A stretch of 64,000 bases of DNA, from NCBI RefSeq assembly GCF_006345805.1, contig NW_021836177.1:13441-77440 (forward strand), read 5' to 3'. The stretch is from Octopus sinensis. Lineage: Eukaryota. Numbering within the stretch: the stretch's first letter is position 1; every line of letters begins with the position of its first letter. The position numbers were made by a program, and so were the translations under genes. This document shows positions 30,120 to 43,805 of this stretch, piece after piece. The notes under the pieces were generated by a model that was given only the letters and a program-made list of their open reading frames with translations, was not told where the DNA came from and did no database searches.

Positions 30120-31137
30120 TCTATATATATAAAACTGTAGTTGTGTGAGTGTCTGTCCCCTTCGATTTAGATTCCTAACTACTCCCAATTTTGCGGTGCA
30201 GTTTAACCAAATTCGGGTATCTTATAGTCGTGATTCATATCGAGCCCGTCTGGGTATTAGCGCGCGTCTACGATGATGTACGATTTTAAAATAATTTAAC
30301 ATCATTTTTTATTCCATTTTAATGCATATTTTTTCTGTGTGTCGATGGCGGCGGAGTTGGCGTCCATGGTCACGCCTGCACCTGTGTTGCTTCTCCCCCT
30401 TCTTCCTCCCTCGTGAAGCTGTGGGGAAGGGAGTGTAAGGAAATCAACGTCGTAATGCGTTGTGAAGGAGACCAGCGTTCTTTTAGAACAACGACTTCAT
30501 GGCTTGAAGTCGCCAAACAGAAATCGCTAAAAAAGCTGAAACAGATTCACAAAAACGGCAAAAAACCGCCACACAGGGCAGTTTCCTGTGCAAACAATTT
30601 GCACAACCGAATGTTTTAGTTGTTGCACAAATCTTTATATATAAAAGTAAGGTTGTGTGTCTGTCTCCTACGATTTAGATTCCTAACTACTCCCACATTT
30701 TGCGGTGCAGTGTAACCAAAACCGGGTATCTTATAGTCGTGATTCATATCGAGCCCGTCTGGGTATTAGCGCGCGTCTACGATGAGTCTATACGATTTAA
30801 AAAAAAATTTACCATCATTTTTATCCATTTTATTTAATGCATTTTTTCGCTATTATATAAGGGAAGTAACTCCCTAAAAATGTCTACGATGAGTCAACGA
30901 TTAAAAAAAAATTACCATCATTTTTTTATTCCATTTTAATGCATTTTTCGCTATTATATAAGGGAAATAACTCTGTAAAAATGTCTACGATGAGTCAACG
31001 ATTTAAAAAAGAAATTACTATCATTTTTTATTCCATCTTTAATGCATTTTTTGCTATTTTTTTTGCTATAACTCACTAAAAATGCTTATATAGTTATTTC
31101 CCTTACAAACCCGAGCAACGCCGGGCGATACTGCTAG
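30120..31137 (+). mobile_element. Composite non-autonomous Helitron: two 5' ends (30120, 30632), one 3' end
   Basis: A|TCTATATATATAAAA and A|TCTTTATATATAAAA starts share ~190 bp of downstream sequence. Ends CCCGAGCAACGCCGGG...CTAG|T. Confidence 0.78.
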
Positions 31138-32329
31138 TAAAATATAAAATTGAAACTTTAAATTATTAAATTGAAAATAAAAATTATGAAATTATATTAT
31201 AATTTGTTTAAAATATATATAACTATGAAAAAGTATGAAAAAGTTTAATATACATAAATACAGATATATACACTTTGTATATATACATTTATATATACAT
31301 ATTTATATATAGAACACACACACACACATACATTTATATACATATTTATATATAGAACACACACACCACATACATTATATATACATATATATATAGAACA
31401 CACACACACACACATATAAATGAACGCAAGAATATCTGATTCATAATATTTGTTTCAATGCTCGTGTGTTGATTGTTGGTGACAGACATATACTTAAAAG
31501 AACGTCGCCGAAGTGATAGGAAGGTAGGAAACAGAGTCAGTGAAAAAGAAAGGAAATAGCGAGTGTGACAGATACTTTAAATAACCGTAGTGGCATTCTG
31601 AAAGTTATAAATGAAGAGGAGTGACAGAGTACTGGAGGAAATAGGGTGAGGTAGGAAGATGGCCCCTAGAAACCACAGCTTTTAAGATAGGGATTTCTAA
31701 GGTAGCCCACGCGCATCGTCACCTCATTCTACATGTCCCTGTAAATTTTGGAGCGAATCGGACGGGATGTAGTGGCATTGGAAGCGAACCAAGCGGTAAA
31801 AACGCAATTCAGTTTTATATATAGAGAAGATATATATATATATATATATATCAATGTGTGTGTATGATAGGATGTGCTCCATGCATGACACTGTTCCATC
31901 CAAATTTTGACACTTGAGGCTAATCAGTTTAAATTCCTTCCATTTTGAATTCAAACCGGATCCTGTACAATCAGTGGAGGGCTGTAATAATATAAAAAGC
32001 ACATCGTTGACGAGAGAAGCAAGCAGGGGCTTCAACCTGGCACTCCTTCATTTCATGTTACCCCTGTTTCAGTATTTGGTAACACATCATTGTGTCAAAC
32101 AATAGCTGCAATTGGTAGATGCACCTCATAAGGGCAGCATGCATAAAGAAATACATGCAGTAACCAAAACGAAATACTTGAGAGGTACACGGCTTGAAGA
32201 GAAGGGAGATCAGGAGAAGGTAGAGTGGGAACACAACCCCCAGAAACACAATTGTGGACTGGTGTTGATGAGAATGGGGGCTAAGAATTGACCAGAGTTT
32301 GGGGATATAGGCTGTGCTTACATGCCCCC

Positions 32330-32809
32330 TTAACCCTTTCGTTACTGTATTTATTTTGAGATGATCTGTGTTTCTTTCAATTATTTTAAATAAATTACAG
32401 AATTTAGTAAAATAACTTAGTCATCATTAAGCTAGTATTAGGAACATAAATTGTGACTAAGGTTTCATGGAAGATTTTTATTCAAAACTTAAGAAAAGAG
32501 GACATTTGTACTACAGAGCCAGAAGCAGTTTCAGCCAGGCTGGTATCAAAAGGGTTAAGAATTGTTTCTCTATTATATACTTTAACCCTTTTGTTACCAT
32601 ATTTCTGTTGAGATGGTCTGTGTTTCTTTCAATTATTTAAAATATAACAAAGAATTTAGTAAAATAACTTAGTCATCATTAAGCTAGTGTTAGGAACATA
32701 AATTGTGACTAAGGTTTGGTGGAAGATTTTAATTCAAAACTTATGAAATCAAGACATTTTACCACAGAGCCAGAGCCGGTTTCAGCCGGGTTAGTATCAA
32801 AAGGGTTAA
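32330..32809. mobile_element. Two tandem ~228-bp piggyBac-like MITEs (32330-32558, 32582-32809)
   Basis: Each is bounded by TTAA-CCCTTT...AAAGGG-TTAA and the bodies are highly similar. Confidence 0.8.
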
Positions 32810-33301
32810 GAGAGGGGAGACAGGCGGGTAAGTAGATAACATATCAGGTGACCAGTAAGAGATTCTGAGTGCAATAATCAAGCACCACTGGGGTTTGTGG
32901 TAGCACCATTGATAGATGCGTCCAATTACATACAAACCTGCGGATACGCATTAACACATTAATATGCTTGCTTCCCCAGCCACTCATGCGCACAGAGTTG
33001 GTGGGTTGGTGAGGACGGGGAATGAGTAGGAGGATTCCTTGAGCAAGAACCTTTATTTCACGTTGCTCCAGTCTACTCAGCGAAAATGAGTTGTGCCTGT
33101 ATTTCAAAGGGTCAGCCTTGTCACACTCTGTGTCATGCTGAATCTCCCTCAGAACTACATTAGGGGTACACGCGTCTGTGGTGTACTCAGCCATTTGCAT
33201 GTTAATTTCACAAATGAGCTATTCCGTCTTCTTTAAATTGCTCTTTACTTCATTTTATAAGTTTTTAAAAACCATCTTACTTTCCTTTTTATTCAAAAGA
33301 C

Positions 33302-33385
33302 ATGGATGTAAATAAGATTATAAGCAACATTGTGGATGGGGACTTTAAAGATGTCGAACAACTTATCAAAGAAAATCCTGAAACT
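33302..33385 (+). CDS. Coding exon 1 (MDVNKIISNIVDGDFKDVEQLIKENPET), N-terminal ankyrin cap
   Basis: Pyrimidine tract plus AAG acceptor at 33299, ATG at 33302, 84 nt, donor GTAAGT at 33386, phase 0. Confidence 0.8.
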
Positions 33386-33539
33386 GTAAGTTTACTTTAT
33401 ATTGCTTCCTCAATGTTAAATGTTTGTTTATTATTTTATACACAATATTAAATGTTCCTAAATAACCAGATATATTTGTCCATAATATTTCATTTCTTTC
33501 TTTACCTCTTTCCTCTAATCCTCATCATTGTCACTTTTT

Positions 33540-34440
33540 ATAAATATTCAACCAGACAATGAGGTATGCCAGAATTGATGGAATGTGAGTGAGAGAGAAA
33601 CCCATCCTCACACACTGCAATGGAGTATTCTGGCAGGAAATATTCAGTCCAAGAGATGAGGGACAGATGGATTCTATAGATAAATGGTGACTTTGTCAAG
33701 AAATTCTCTTGCCATACACAGTTGAAGGTTTTACCGATGTCAAAGGCTACACTATTTCTTTTGCAGAAGTTGTCAAACATAACCAAAACATAGGAATCAG
33801 ACCCCTGCTTGAAACAGCTTTATGGAACTGTTCTGGGGCTCATTGAATAGAGAAAGATACCCAAAGGGACAAAGATGATGGTTGTTTATGACTTTTTACT
33901 TCATAATTGAAATATTGGAAGTTAGAATGACTGGCTGGTAGTCAGCAGATAGGACACTATCAGCAAGAATTATAAAACAGGGCTTCTCTAAGAGAGTAAT
34001 GCTACCCTTGGGTAGGGATTGCGAAGAATTTTATAAGGACCAGGGAGCCAAGGAGGCTATGGTGGTACAAATATATGAAACTCAATGTGTAGTTGAGTTT
34101 GGATCAGAGAACCATCATGGTTAGGGAGTGGTGGGTGGAATGATTCTGTAAAATCTATAGAGATACTCTTGGTAAGAGACCAGAAAATGAGGCTTTGATT
34201 TGGAAGGGAAGGCAGCTGACAAATGGTGAAATGCAGAAAAAACATCCTTTATTTTCTTGATGACCATCATACATGTATTTCAATGGTGGGTGAATGTCTG
34301 CCAGTTAGTGAGGGTAGGTGTTTTCCTCAAGGAGAAGTCGATAGTGTTGTTTGTACAGCTGTAATACAGTTGTGTATGAACCACTCACACCTTCTTAAAT
34401 ATTGTATGGCTACAAACTAATGTAAGCCCTGATACTGCTG
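33540..34440 (-). mobile_element. Old CR1/Jockey-group LINE RT remnant in intron 1
   Basis: VAFDIGKTFNCVW...INSGIP peptide, a degenerate AFDISKAFDRVW...SGVPQG. Confidence 0.6.
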
Positions 34441-34994
34441 CCGCATTTAGGCTCAAAATTCTGATCACTACTTTCATAATATTTCTTATTTTCTCCATTG
34501 TTTCTTTTCATTTGTGTCTACCTTTGCATAGTTGCTCATATTCAGTTGTGATTGGTGTCGTTCCAAAGATGTCACAGATGTTTAATTACAAGTAATTACT
34601 TTGTAATAGATTCAGTGACTAACATAAATAGATTTTCAATCTTTTCCTTGAGCTTAAGCATGAACTAAACAGTCTTTCTAAGCCTTTTCCACCTTGATTT
34701 ACCTGTGCTCTACACCTTTCTTGTAGATTTGCTTTCATTCTTTTCCAAGTAGATCCCACATTGCTGTTTCACCAGACATATGACATCTGAAGATCCATGC
34801 TTCATTTCAAACATCCTGTTCTTCTCTCACCATTTCTTAAATCTCCTTCATCATTATAGCATTAAATAAAAGTGCTACTATGCCAGACATCAGTGATAAC
34901 ACAGTGTAGAATTTCATGAGCTTTACCAGGGAATACTAAACTAAAATCTCTCTCCTTTGATATATTTTATATATCTTCTCTTTCTTCTCTTCAG

Positions 34995-35146
34995 GTCAAC
35001 CAAATAAACTCACACAGTAAAACTTTCTTAATGGCAGCTTGTGAACAGGGCAGCACAAGTCTAATAGCCTTCTTGATAGAATCTGGAGCCAATATGGACA
35101 TGAGTGACAAAGCAGGTCTGACAGCATTACATTATGCTGTGAAAAG
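34995..35146 (+). CDS. Coding exon 2, ankyrin repeats (KTFLMAACEQG...GLTALHYAVK)
   Basis: ttctcttcAG acceptor, GTAAGG donor, 152 nt, phase 0 to 2, ankyrin consensus. Confidence 0.92.
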
Positions 35147-36699
35147 GTAAGGCTTGAATTAACTAAAATCTTCAGATCTGCTTTTGTTTTGAAATTTTTT
35201 GCAATTCCAGACTATTTGAATATCCAAAGATACCATAATAGTGGCAGTGTGACACGATAACAGCATGATAGTAGTAACCAAATAACATCTTTTACTCATT
35301 TTCTCCATGAATCCTCTTCATTGAATCACCAAAATCTTTTTCGTTATTTGTTGTCAAAACAGATTATTTTTGTTTTCGAGATATTCTTTGAGATCCAACA
35401 GTTCTTAAAATTGACCCAGTGTGATTCAGTGTCTTCTCTTCATATTGATTATGGAGAGATCGATCAATTTTTCTCCAAAGAAAATGTTATTTGAGATCTA
35501 AAGCAACAAGAAAGATTCTCAAGCTTGTTTTTGCAGTAAATAATCTGTAAATTTCTTACAGAAATTATTTCTCACCTCCATCAGCAACTCAACACATTTT
35601 GAGATCTATTATATTTTGAATTGTGCTTCATAAGGTCATCTCTGGACAATAAAACATGTTTTGAAGTTCTTGTTAGTTTCTATAGCTTCTGCAGTCACAA
35701 ATTGTTTCAGAATTTTGCCCAAACACACAAACACACACACACACCATCATCGTCATCGAATGTTCCTTTTCCTTTGATAGGAACAGACAAGTCAGAAGAC
35801 CACACCAAACACTACTGTCTGCTTAGGTTTGGTTTCTATGGCTGGACGACCTTCCTAACACCAACCACTTTGCAGAGTGTACTGGATGCCTTTTACATGC
35901 CATCAGAACCAGTGAGGTCACCAATTAATTGCAAGACAAAGACCTCTCGACTGGTTGAGGTGGTGGGATGGGGGAGCTAATATTGCTGGAGAGAAAGGTG
36001 TCTTGCATTAGAAGAGGGACATGGCTCCTTCAGATGGAGAAGACAGAGGAGGGAAACACTAGGTTAAAATCTTGTGTTTGGCCCAAGCAAAGAAAAAAGG
36101 AAAAACATAGTGCAATAGGTGTGAAACAACATGTAGTAAACGAATACTCTTACTCTTTTACTTGTTTCAGTCATTTGACTGTGGCCATGCTGGAGCACCG
36201 CCTTTAATCGAGCAACTCGACCCCGGGACTTATTCTTTGTAAGCCCAGTACATATTCTATCAGTCTCTTTTGCTGAACCACTAAGTGACAGGGACATAAA
36301 CACACCAGCATCGGTTGTCAAGCAATGCTAGGGGGACACAGACACACAAACACACACGCACACATATATATATATACATATATACGACGAGCTTCTTTCA
36401 GTTTCCGTCTACCAAATCCACTCATAAGGCTTTGGTCGGCCTGAGGTTATAGTAGAAGACACTTGACCAAGGTGCCACGCAGTGGGACTGAACCTGGAAC
36501 CATGTGGCTGGTAAGCAAGCTGCTTATCAAACAGCCACTCCTGCGCCTATGGAAAAAAAAAATATGGCGAACGGGAGGTGGGGAGACGACTCGGAAATTC
36601 AAATCTCACCACTTCCCCATTCGTCGGCGATCCTATGACCACGAGTCCACTGCCCTAACCACTGGGCCATTGCGCCTCCACTCTATATCTATATATATC

Positions 36700-36732
<33 letters not shown>

Positions 36733-36898
36733 CTATATATATTATATATATATATCTATATATATATATATATTATATATATATATATATATTTTAAAAT
36801 AATAATAATAAATAAAAATAAATATTAGGGAATAATCCAAATTTACAGGGAAAAATCAGACTTAGGATTGAATCCAATTTTATAGTAAATATTATATT

Positions 36899-37127
36899 AT
36901 ATTAAATTAGAGACAAAACCACTATTAGGCAAATCAAACAAAGAAAGACTTAAGCCAATACATAAAATAATTTATATAAATTAAAATTTAACAATAATAA
37001 TAATAATAATAATATAATTATTATTATTATTATATATTGTTAAATTTTAATTTTTATAAATTATTTTATGTATTGGCTTAAGTCTTTCTTTGTTTGATTT
37101 GCATAATAGTGGATTTGTCTCTAATTT

Positions 37128-37130
<3 letters not shown>
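36899..37130. repeat. ~230-bp AT-rich palindrome formed from a repeat family also at 23776-23910 and 30040-30110
   Basis: Arms of about 95 bp are near-perfect reverse complements around an (AAT)n/(ATT)n centre. Confidence 0.85.
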
Positions 37131-37187
<57 letters not shown>

Positions 37188-37903
37188 TATATATTATATA
37201 TATATATACACACACACAATATATGATAAATAAGGGTGTGTTTATATATTCATTTATGTGTGTTATATGACCGCCATACTTCCTTGTTGGTCACTGTTTC
37301 TTTTGGCGGTAAAAATACGTCTCGTTGCCCTTAACAACAAACTTTCTCTTGCATAGTCTGTTGCAACATTACATTTGCAGACGTAGTTTTCCCGCCAATT
37401 ACGACGTGCTGTTGTTGTTGTTGTTTTTTTAGATTGATGAGAAATCTGCTATCAATTAGTTTCTCTATAATTTTCAGACATTCCATCTTTCGCAAAAGGA
37501 TTACAATACATTTTTCAATGTATACCAAATATGTAGATACTAACAACGGTACTTAATCCTTGTTTTGTATTGTACACTCGCTGGGATAAAAATATTTATA
37601 CTTTATACCCTCACCTATTAATATGTGTATACACACACACGTACACATTGGTTTACTGTGTATTAACGATTATACGTATTTCAGTGGCTCATATTACTCT
37701 GTCTGTCTTTCTCTCTATATACATACATATATATATACACATATACATACATACACATATATGCATATATATATATATAAATATATATATACATACACAT
37801 ATACACCTATATAATATTATTGACTTTGACATTTCAACTAGCGATATATACATACATATATGTATGTATGTGGGTGTATATATGTATGTATATATATATA
37901 TAT

Positions 37904-38608
37904 AGGCATACTTACACAACTGGGCCCCCACGACGAATTTGTTTCCTTATAACTTTTAGACAGATGGATATCTTTTGATGAAATTTCTATGACAAAAATG
38001 CTTCAGATGATGAAGATTCCAATTATATTGGAATTTGTTGTGAAAACAAATTTTCAAACGTTGAGAAGTTGACTTAAATCCTTATAGAAACTTTCAGAAA
38101 AATGGATATTTTGTTTGTGTGAAAATTTCTACAAATCCCTTTCAAATGGATTAGATTAGGATTATATCGGAATTTAACATGAAAAAACGTTAAATATTTG
38201 GTGGATACACACACATATATACTGACACACATCACGGTTATTTTTCCAAAGTTCATCTTTTCAGTTTCTGATGTGTATCAGTGTATATCTCTGCGAATCC
38301 ACCAAGTTTTTAACTTTTCTTCATATTAAATTCCGATATAAGTGGAATCTTCACCATCTGAAACGGTTTTATTGAAAATTTCATTAGAAAATATTTATTT
38401 TTTGGGAAAGAAAGCCGACTCGGGCAAACTTTCCCAAATTTCTCTCTGCACCCACTAAAAATTTTTTCTCACAATAAATTCCAATATAATTGGAATCTTC
38501 GCCTTCTGAAGCATATTTTTGAAAGAAATTTCATTAAAAAATATCGATTTTTCTAGAAGTTACAGGGAAACAAATTCGTCGGGGGAGCACACTTGTGTAG
38601 TTATGTCT
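37904..38608. mobile_element. Foldback/MITE DNA transposon with long TIRs in intron 2
   Basis: AGGCATACTTACACAACTGGGCCCCCACGACGAATTTGTTTCC is mirrored at 38560-38608. TA on both flanks. Confidence 0.75.
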
Positions 38609-38766
38609 ATACAGGCATGCACGCACACAGACATATATATATATATACACACGCGGCTGTAATATATATATATAGGTTTTTATGCATTTAATTGAACACG
38701 AGTGTATATTTAATGTAATTGTTAAGTGAATGTCTGTGATGTTTTATGTATTTTCCTTCCTTTTAG

Positions 38767-38923
38767 ATATAAAATTGATGCAGTGGCCTCCTTAGTTTCC
38801 AGGGGAGCAAATGTTAATAAGCAGACCTCACTGGGCAACACACCTCTACATCTGGCTGTGAGGAAGAACTATGAAGATGTAGTCAAAGTCCTGTTAAGTA
38901 GCAAAGGAAATAACATTTTACAG
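38767..38923 (+). CDS. Coding exon 3, ankyrin repeats (GANVNKQTSLGNTPLHLAVRKNYEDVVKVLL)
   Basis: ccttttAG acceptor, GTTAGC donor, 157 nt, phase 2 to 0. The TPLH motif is in ORF 38726..39037. Confidence 0.93.
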
Positions 38924-39284
38924 GTTAGCGAATACATTTATATTTGTGTATATAGATATGTATATATATGTATGTGTGTGTTATATGTATATGATGTATA
39001 CATACAGTTTAGTGCCCCAAATTTCGTTTCTTCATAACTGATGATCCATATTATTTAAAATAAAACTTGCTGCAAGACTTCCTTTTCTACCCCACAAAAA
39101 AACCACCCTTTCTTTAAATTTTTTTCCCCGACACAAATCCCGCTTTTCGGTTAAGGGAAATACGAATCTGCAAAAAAATTGGGGTTTTGGCAAAAAAATT
39201 CTTTGAATAAGCAAATTTAGGTGAAAATGGTGGTGGTGGTGGTGGGGGGACTCTTTTGAAAGTTGCTCATTTCCTTGTGTGAGA

Positions 39285-39325
<41 letters not shown>

Positions 39326-39331
39326 AGAGTG

Positions 39332-39366
<35 letters not shown>

Positions 39367-39534
39367 CTGTGGGTACAGGTATATGAACCTCATTTATTTA
39401 CTCCTCTCCAAATTCATTCCACCTGTTTATTAATCTAATTCTTTCTCTTTTTTTGAAATTTTTCATTTTTGCAATGCCCCCCCCCCCATCCACTTGACGC
39501 CATCTTTAATGTCTTTATTGTTTATCTTTTTTAG

Positions 39535-41419
39535 GTCAATCAGCGAAACAATAATGGTTGGACACCTCTACATCTTGCCTCTAATCAAGGACACACAGAC
39601 ACAGCTAAACTTCTCCTACAACAAGATGGCACTGATGTGAGGGTGGTGGACAACGATGGTTGGACACCTCTACATCGTGCCTCGTATAATGGACACACAG
39701 ACACAGCTAAACTTCTCCTACAACAAAATAACACTGATGTGAGGGTGGTGGACAACGCTGGTTGGACACCTCTACATCGTGCCTCGTATAATGGACACAC
39801 AGACACAGCTAAACTTCTCCTACAACAAGATGGCACTGATGTGAGGGTGGTGGACAACGCTGGTTGGACACCTCTACATCGTGCCTCGTATAATGGACAC
39901 ACAGACACAGCTAAGCTTCTCCTACAACAAGATGGCACTGATGTGAGGGTGGTGGACAACGCTGGTTGGACACCTCTACATCGTGCCTCGTATAATGGAC
40001 ACACAGACACAGTTAAACTTCTCCTACAACAAAATGGCACTGATGTGAGGGTGGTGGACAACGCTGGTTGGACACTTCTACATCGTGCCTCGTATAATGG
40101 ACACACAGACACAGCTAAACTTCTCCTACAACAAGATGGCACTGATGTGAGGGTGGTGACCAACGCTGGTTGGACACCTCTACATCATGCCTCGTATAAT
40201 GGACACACAGACACAGCTAAACTTCTCCTACAACAAAATGGCACTGATGTGAGGGTGGTGGACAACGCTGGTTGGACACCTCTACATCGTGCCTCGTATA
40301 ATGGACACACAGACACAGTTAAACTTCTCCTACAACAAAATGGCACTGATGTGAGGGTGGTGGACAACGCTGGTTGGACACCTCTACATCATGCCTCGTA
40401 TAATGGACACACAGACACAGCTAAACTTCTCCTACAACAAGATGGCACTGATGTGAGGGTGGTGGACAACGCTGGTTGGACACCTCTACATCGTGCCTCG
40501 TATAATGGACACAGACACAGTTAAACTTCTCCTACACACAAATGGCACTGATGTGAGGGTGGTGGACAACGCTGGTTGGACACCTCTACATCGTGCCTCG
40601 TATAATGGACACACAGACACAGTTAAACTTCTCCTACAACAAAATGGCACTGATGTGAGGGTGGTGGACAACGCTGGTTGGACACCTCTACATCGTGCCT
40701 CGTATAATGGACACACAGACACAGTTAAACTTCTCCTACAACAAAATGGCACTGATGTGAGGGTGGTGGACAACGATGGTTGGACACCTCTACATCGTGC
40801 CTCGTATAATGGACACACAGACACAGTTAAACTTCTCCTACAACAAAATGGCACTGATGTGAGGGTGGTGGACAACGCTGGTTGGACACCTCTACATCGT
40901 GCCTCGTATAATGGACACACAGACACAGTTAAACTTCTCCTACAACAAAATGGCACTGATGTGAGGGTGGTGGACAACGCTGGTTGGACACCTCTACATC
41001 GTGCCTCGTATAATGGACACACAGACACAGTTAAACTTCTCCTACAAACAATGGCACTGATGTGAGGGTGGTGACAACGCTGGTTGGACACCTCTACATC
41101 GTGCCTCGTATAATGGACACACAGACACAGTTAAACTTCTCCTACAACAAAATGGCACTGATGTGAGGGTGGTGGACAACGATGGTTGGACACCTCTCCA
41201 TCTTGCCTCTAATCAAGGACACACAGACACAGCTAAACTTCTCCTACAACAAAATGGCACTGATGTGAGGGTGGTGACCAAATATGGTTGGACACCTCTA
41301 CATCTTGCCTCTAATCAAGGACACACAGACACAGCTAAACTCCTCCTACAACAAAATGGCATCGATGCCAATAAAGCGGACAATGATGGTGACACTCCTC
41401 TCCATGTGGCAGTTCAAGG
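39535..41419 (+). CDS. Coding exon 4: 19 ankyrin repeats in a 102-bp (34-aa) tandem array; frameshifted as assembled
   Basis: ttttttAG acceptor and GG|GTAAGT donor. G-x-TPLH motifs start at 39556+102n up to 41388. Deletions of 2 nt (~40510) and 1+1 nt (~41045, ~41073) split it into ORFs 39637, 40493 and 41163. Restoring 4 nt gives 1889 nt, which is the required phase 2. Confidence 0.93.
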
Positions 41420-42207
41420 GTAAGTCCCCAATGGATTTGGATTATCCAAATCTGTTTCTTTAATGTTTTCAATAACGTTTGTTTTCTTGTTTTGAGTCAT
41501 TCATGTCATAATCCCACCATGGGACGTCGTGCTTCAACTCTCTCTCTCTCACACTCTAATGACACTGTAACCTACTTCATTAATTAATCATCATAATTAT
41601 TATTGTTGCTGTTGTTACCTGACTAGATTCTTTACTTCATCTCATCCTTCGTTACCTCAACGTTACAAGTTCAAATCTTTCCTTTTCTCTTTTCTTTCAT
41701 CATTATAAACACACCCTCACCCCTCTCTCTTGTAATTTTCCTCTTTCCTCTGACCCTGGGCTAAATACATCATTCCCTTACAGTGTTTAGTTTGATCTCT
41801 TTATGTTCCAAGTTCAAATCCTGCCAGAGTATTTATTAACAACCTGGAGTGAAAATCTGTACCAGTAATATCCAGGGGTTCATTTATAAATTGTCCTCCC
41901 TCTTTTCTTCCTCCTGTTTTTGTGTCTGATTGCTGTTGGGCAAAATACCTTGTGGTGTTTATTTACCACACTTTATGTTCAGAGTTCAAATCCTGCTGAG
42001 GTCACCTTGTCCTTCCATCTTTGCTAGGCTAATAAAATACAATACCAGTCATGTACTGGGGTCCTTATAATCCACATTAACGCTTCTCCCCATCCTAAAT
42101 TTCATGGCTATATAACAGTTGTTCATCATACCATATATAGATTGCCGTGTTTACTCAGGTGTGTATATATATCGTTGATCTATAATGTAGAGAGTATATT
42201 GAATATA

Positions 42208-42751
42208 CAAGGGGGTACCCAAAAGTGGCCGGAAACGTTTCTGTAGGGCAAGGCCATTGAAGTTCAGGCTTCTGCTGCTAGAAGCCACTTGATGCGATAC
42301 TCAGGCATCAGCCTGCCAAGCGGCATCTTTGAGGATGGTGCTGTTACCATGTGGTGCATCTTTGTTTTGTAGGGCTTCTCCCCTGTTCGAGTTTTGCAAT
42401 GGCTGAAATGAAGGATCAGCTTGCTTCCATGAAATTCTGTTTTGTGCTGGAGAAAACTGCAGCCGAAACAGTTGTCATGCTTCAAACAGTTTACGAGGAC
42501 ACTGCCATGATGCCACGAGCAAAACACAAAATCACGAGTGGTTTTCATGCTTTTCGAATGGTCACTTGTCACTTGAGGTCCAACCTCATTCAGGGCAGTT
42601 CCAGCACTGCTACAAATAGTGGGAAACATGTCTGGGTCGACGCATTGCTTCAAATGTGGACTACTTTGACGGTGATAATAGTGTTAATACGTAAAACTAA
42701 GCAAAGAAAATAATATTGCAAAATTCTGGTTCCTTCTGGGTCCCCACCTCA
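42208..42751 (+). mobile_element. Internally deleted mariner element (a 5' mariner fragment also at ~52484-52725)
   Basis: Imperfect ~28-bp TIRs flanked by TA. KFCFVLEKTAAETVVMLQT resembles the mariner N-terminal HTH. Confidence 0.7.
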
Positions 42752-43013
42752 TATATATATATATATATATATATATTTTATATTAAAGGGTAAAATCATA
42801 AATGATTTTTACCAAGTGGTCAGCGCGGAAATATAACCACATAGGTAAATTTTTATAAACAATTTATAATTATATACATAATTATAACAAGGGCTTGGCT
42901 TGCTCCTCACCACGTACTGAAAAATAGACATCAAAAGACACTATTGCCACCATTAATTCTCCGAGAAAAACACAGTACAAGTCTTATAATTATGTATATA
43001 ATTGTATAATGTT

Positions 43014-43044
<31 letters not shown>

Positions 43045-43455
43045 ATATGTAGGATCCAAGGATTGAGACGTAGGAAGGTGAGCTTTCAGGAACAAAAGGG
43101 GTTTATTGGGGTGCAAGGTTGTTGGTTTTTCCCTTACCGCATCTTCTGTGTTTGAACATGTGCCTCCTATTGACAGTGTAAACTTCATTTAATCAAGACA
43201 CCCTTGGTCTGAAGAGTGGCCTGTGGTATACACCTCGTTTGGATATTTACCAGTTCTGATGTTCCACCTGCTTTGAAACATACGTAGCCCAGATTTTATC
43301 TTAACTCATATATATATATACACACATGTATAATGTGTATTTGTGTGTATGTAATTATTGATGTAATTAGGTTATAATGACCTAATTACATTTGTTTTCA
43401 TTGGTTAATCTAATAATAATAATTGTTTTTCCTCTCCTCTTTGTATAACTTTCAG

Positions 43456-43492
43456 GCAACAATATGGTGTGGTATCGTTGATGCTGGCCCAG
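43456..43492 (+). CDS. Coding exon 5 (G-QQYGVVSLMLAQ), completes the last array repeat
   Basis: tttcAG acceptor, GTTAGT donor, 37 nt, phase 2 to 0. Continues GDTPLHVAVQG as ankyrin helix 2. Confidence 0.82.
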
Positions 43493-43805
43493 GTTAGTTA
43501 ACAAATACATATTATATGCTCTCTCTAGTATTCAATATTTATATCATCAAAATACCAGTGAAATTCTGGGGGCAGATTTAATCAACTGCACTGCAGCAGC
43601 CTTTAATTAGCAGGTCTTGGGTCTGTGAAGAATAATTATGTTGGTAATAACAATGATGATAGTAGTAGTGGAGATGACAGTCCAACTGACCACCGCGGCT
43701 GATAGTACTATCTTTAATGGTCAGACAAAACAAGATCATTATGAATTCAACCCATATATATCAGATCATATATATCATCATCAACCACTCTGCCATATGC
43801 CCGTG

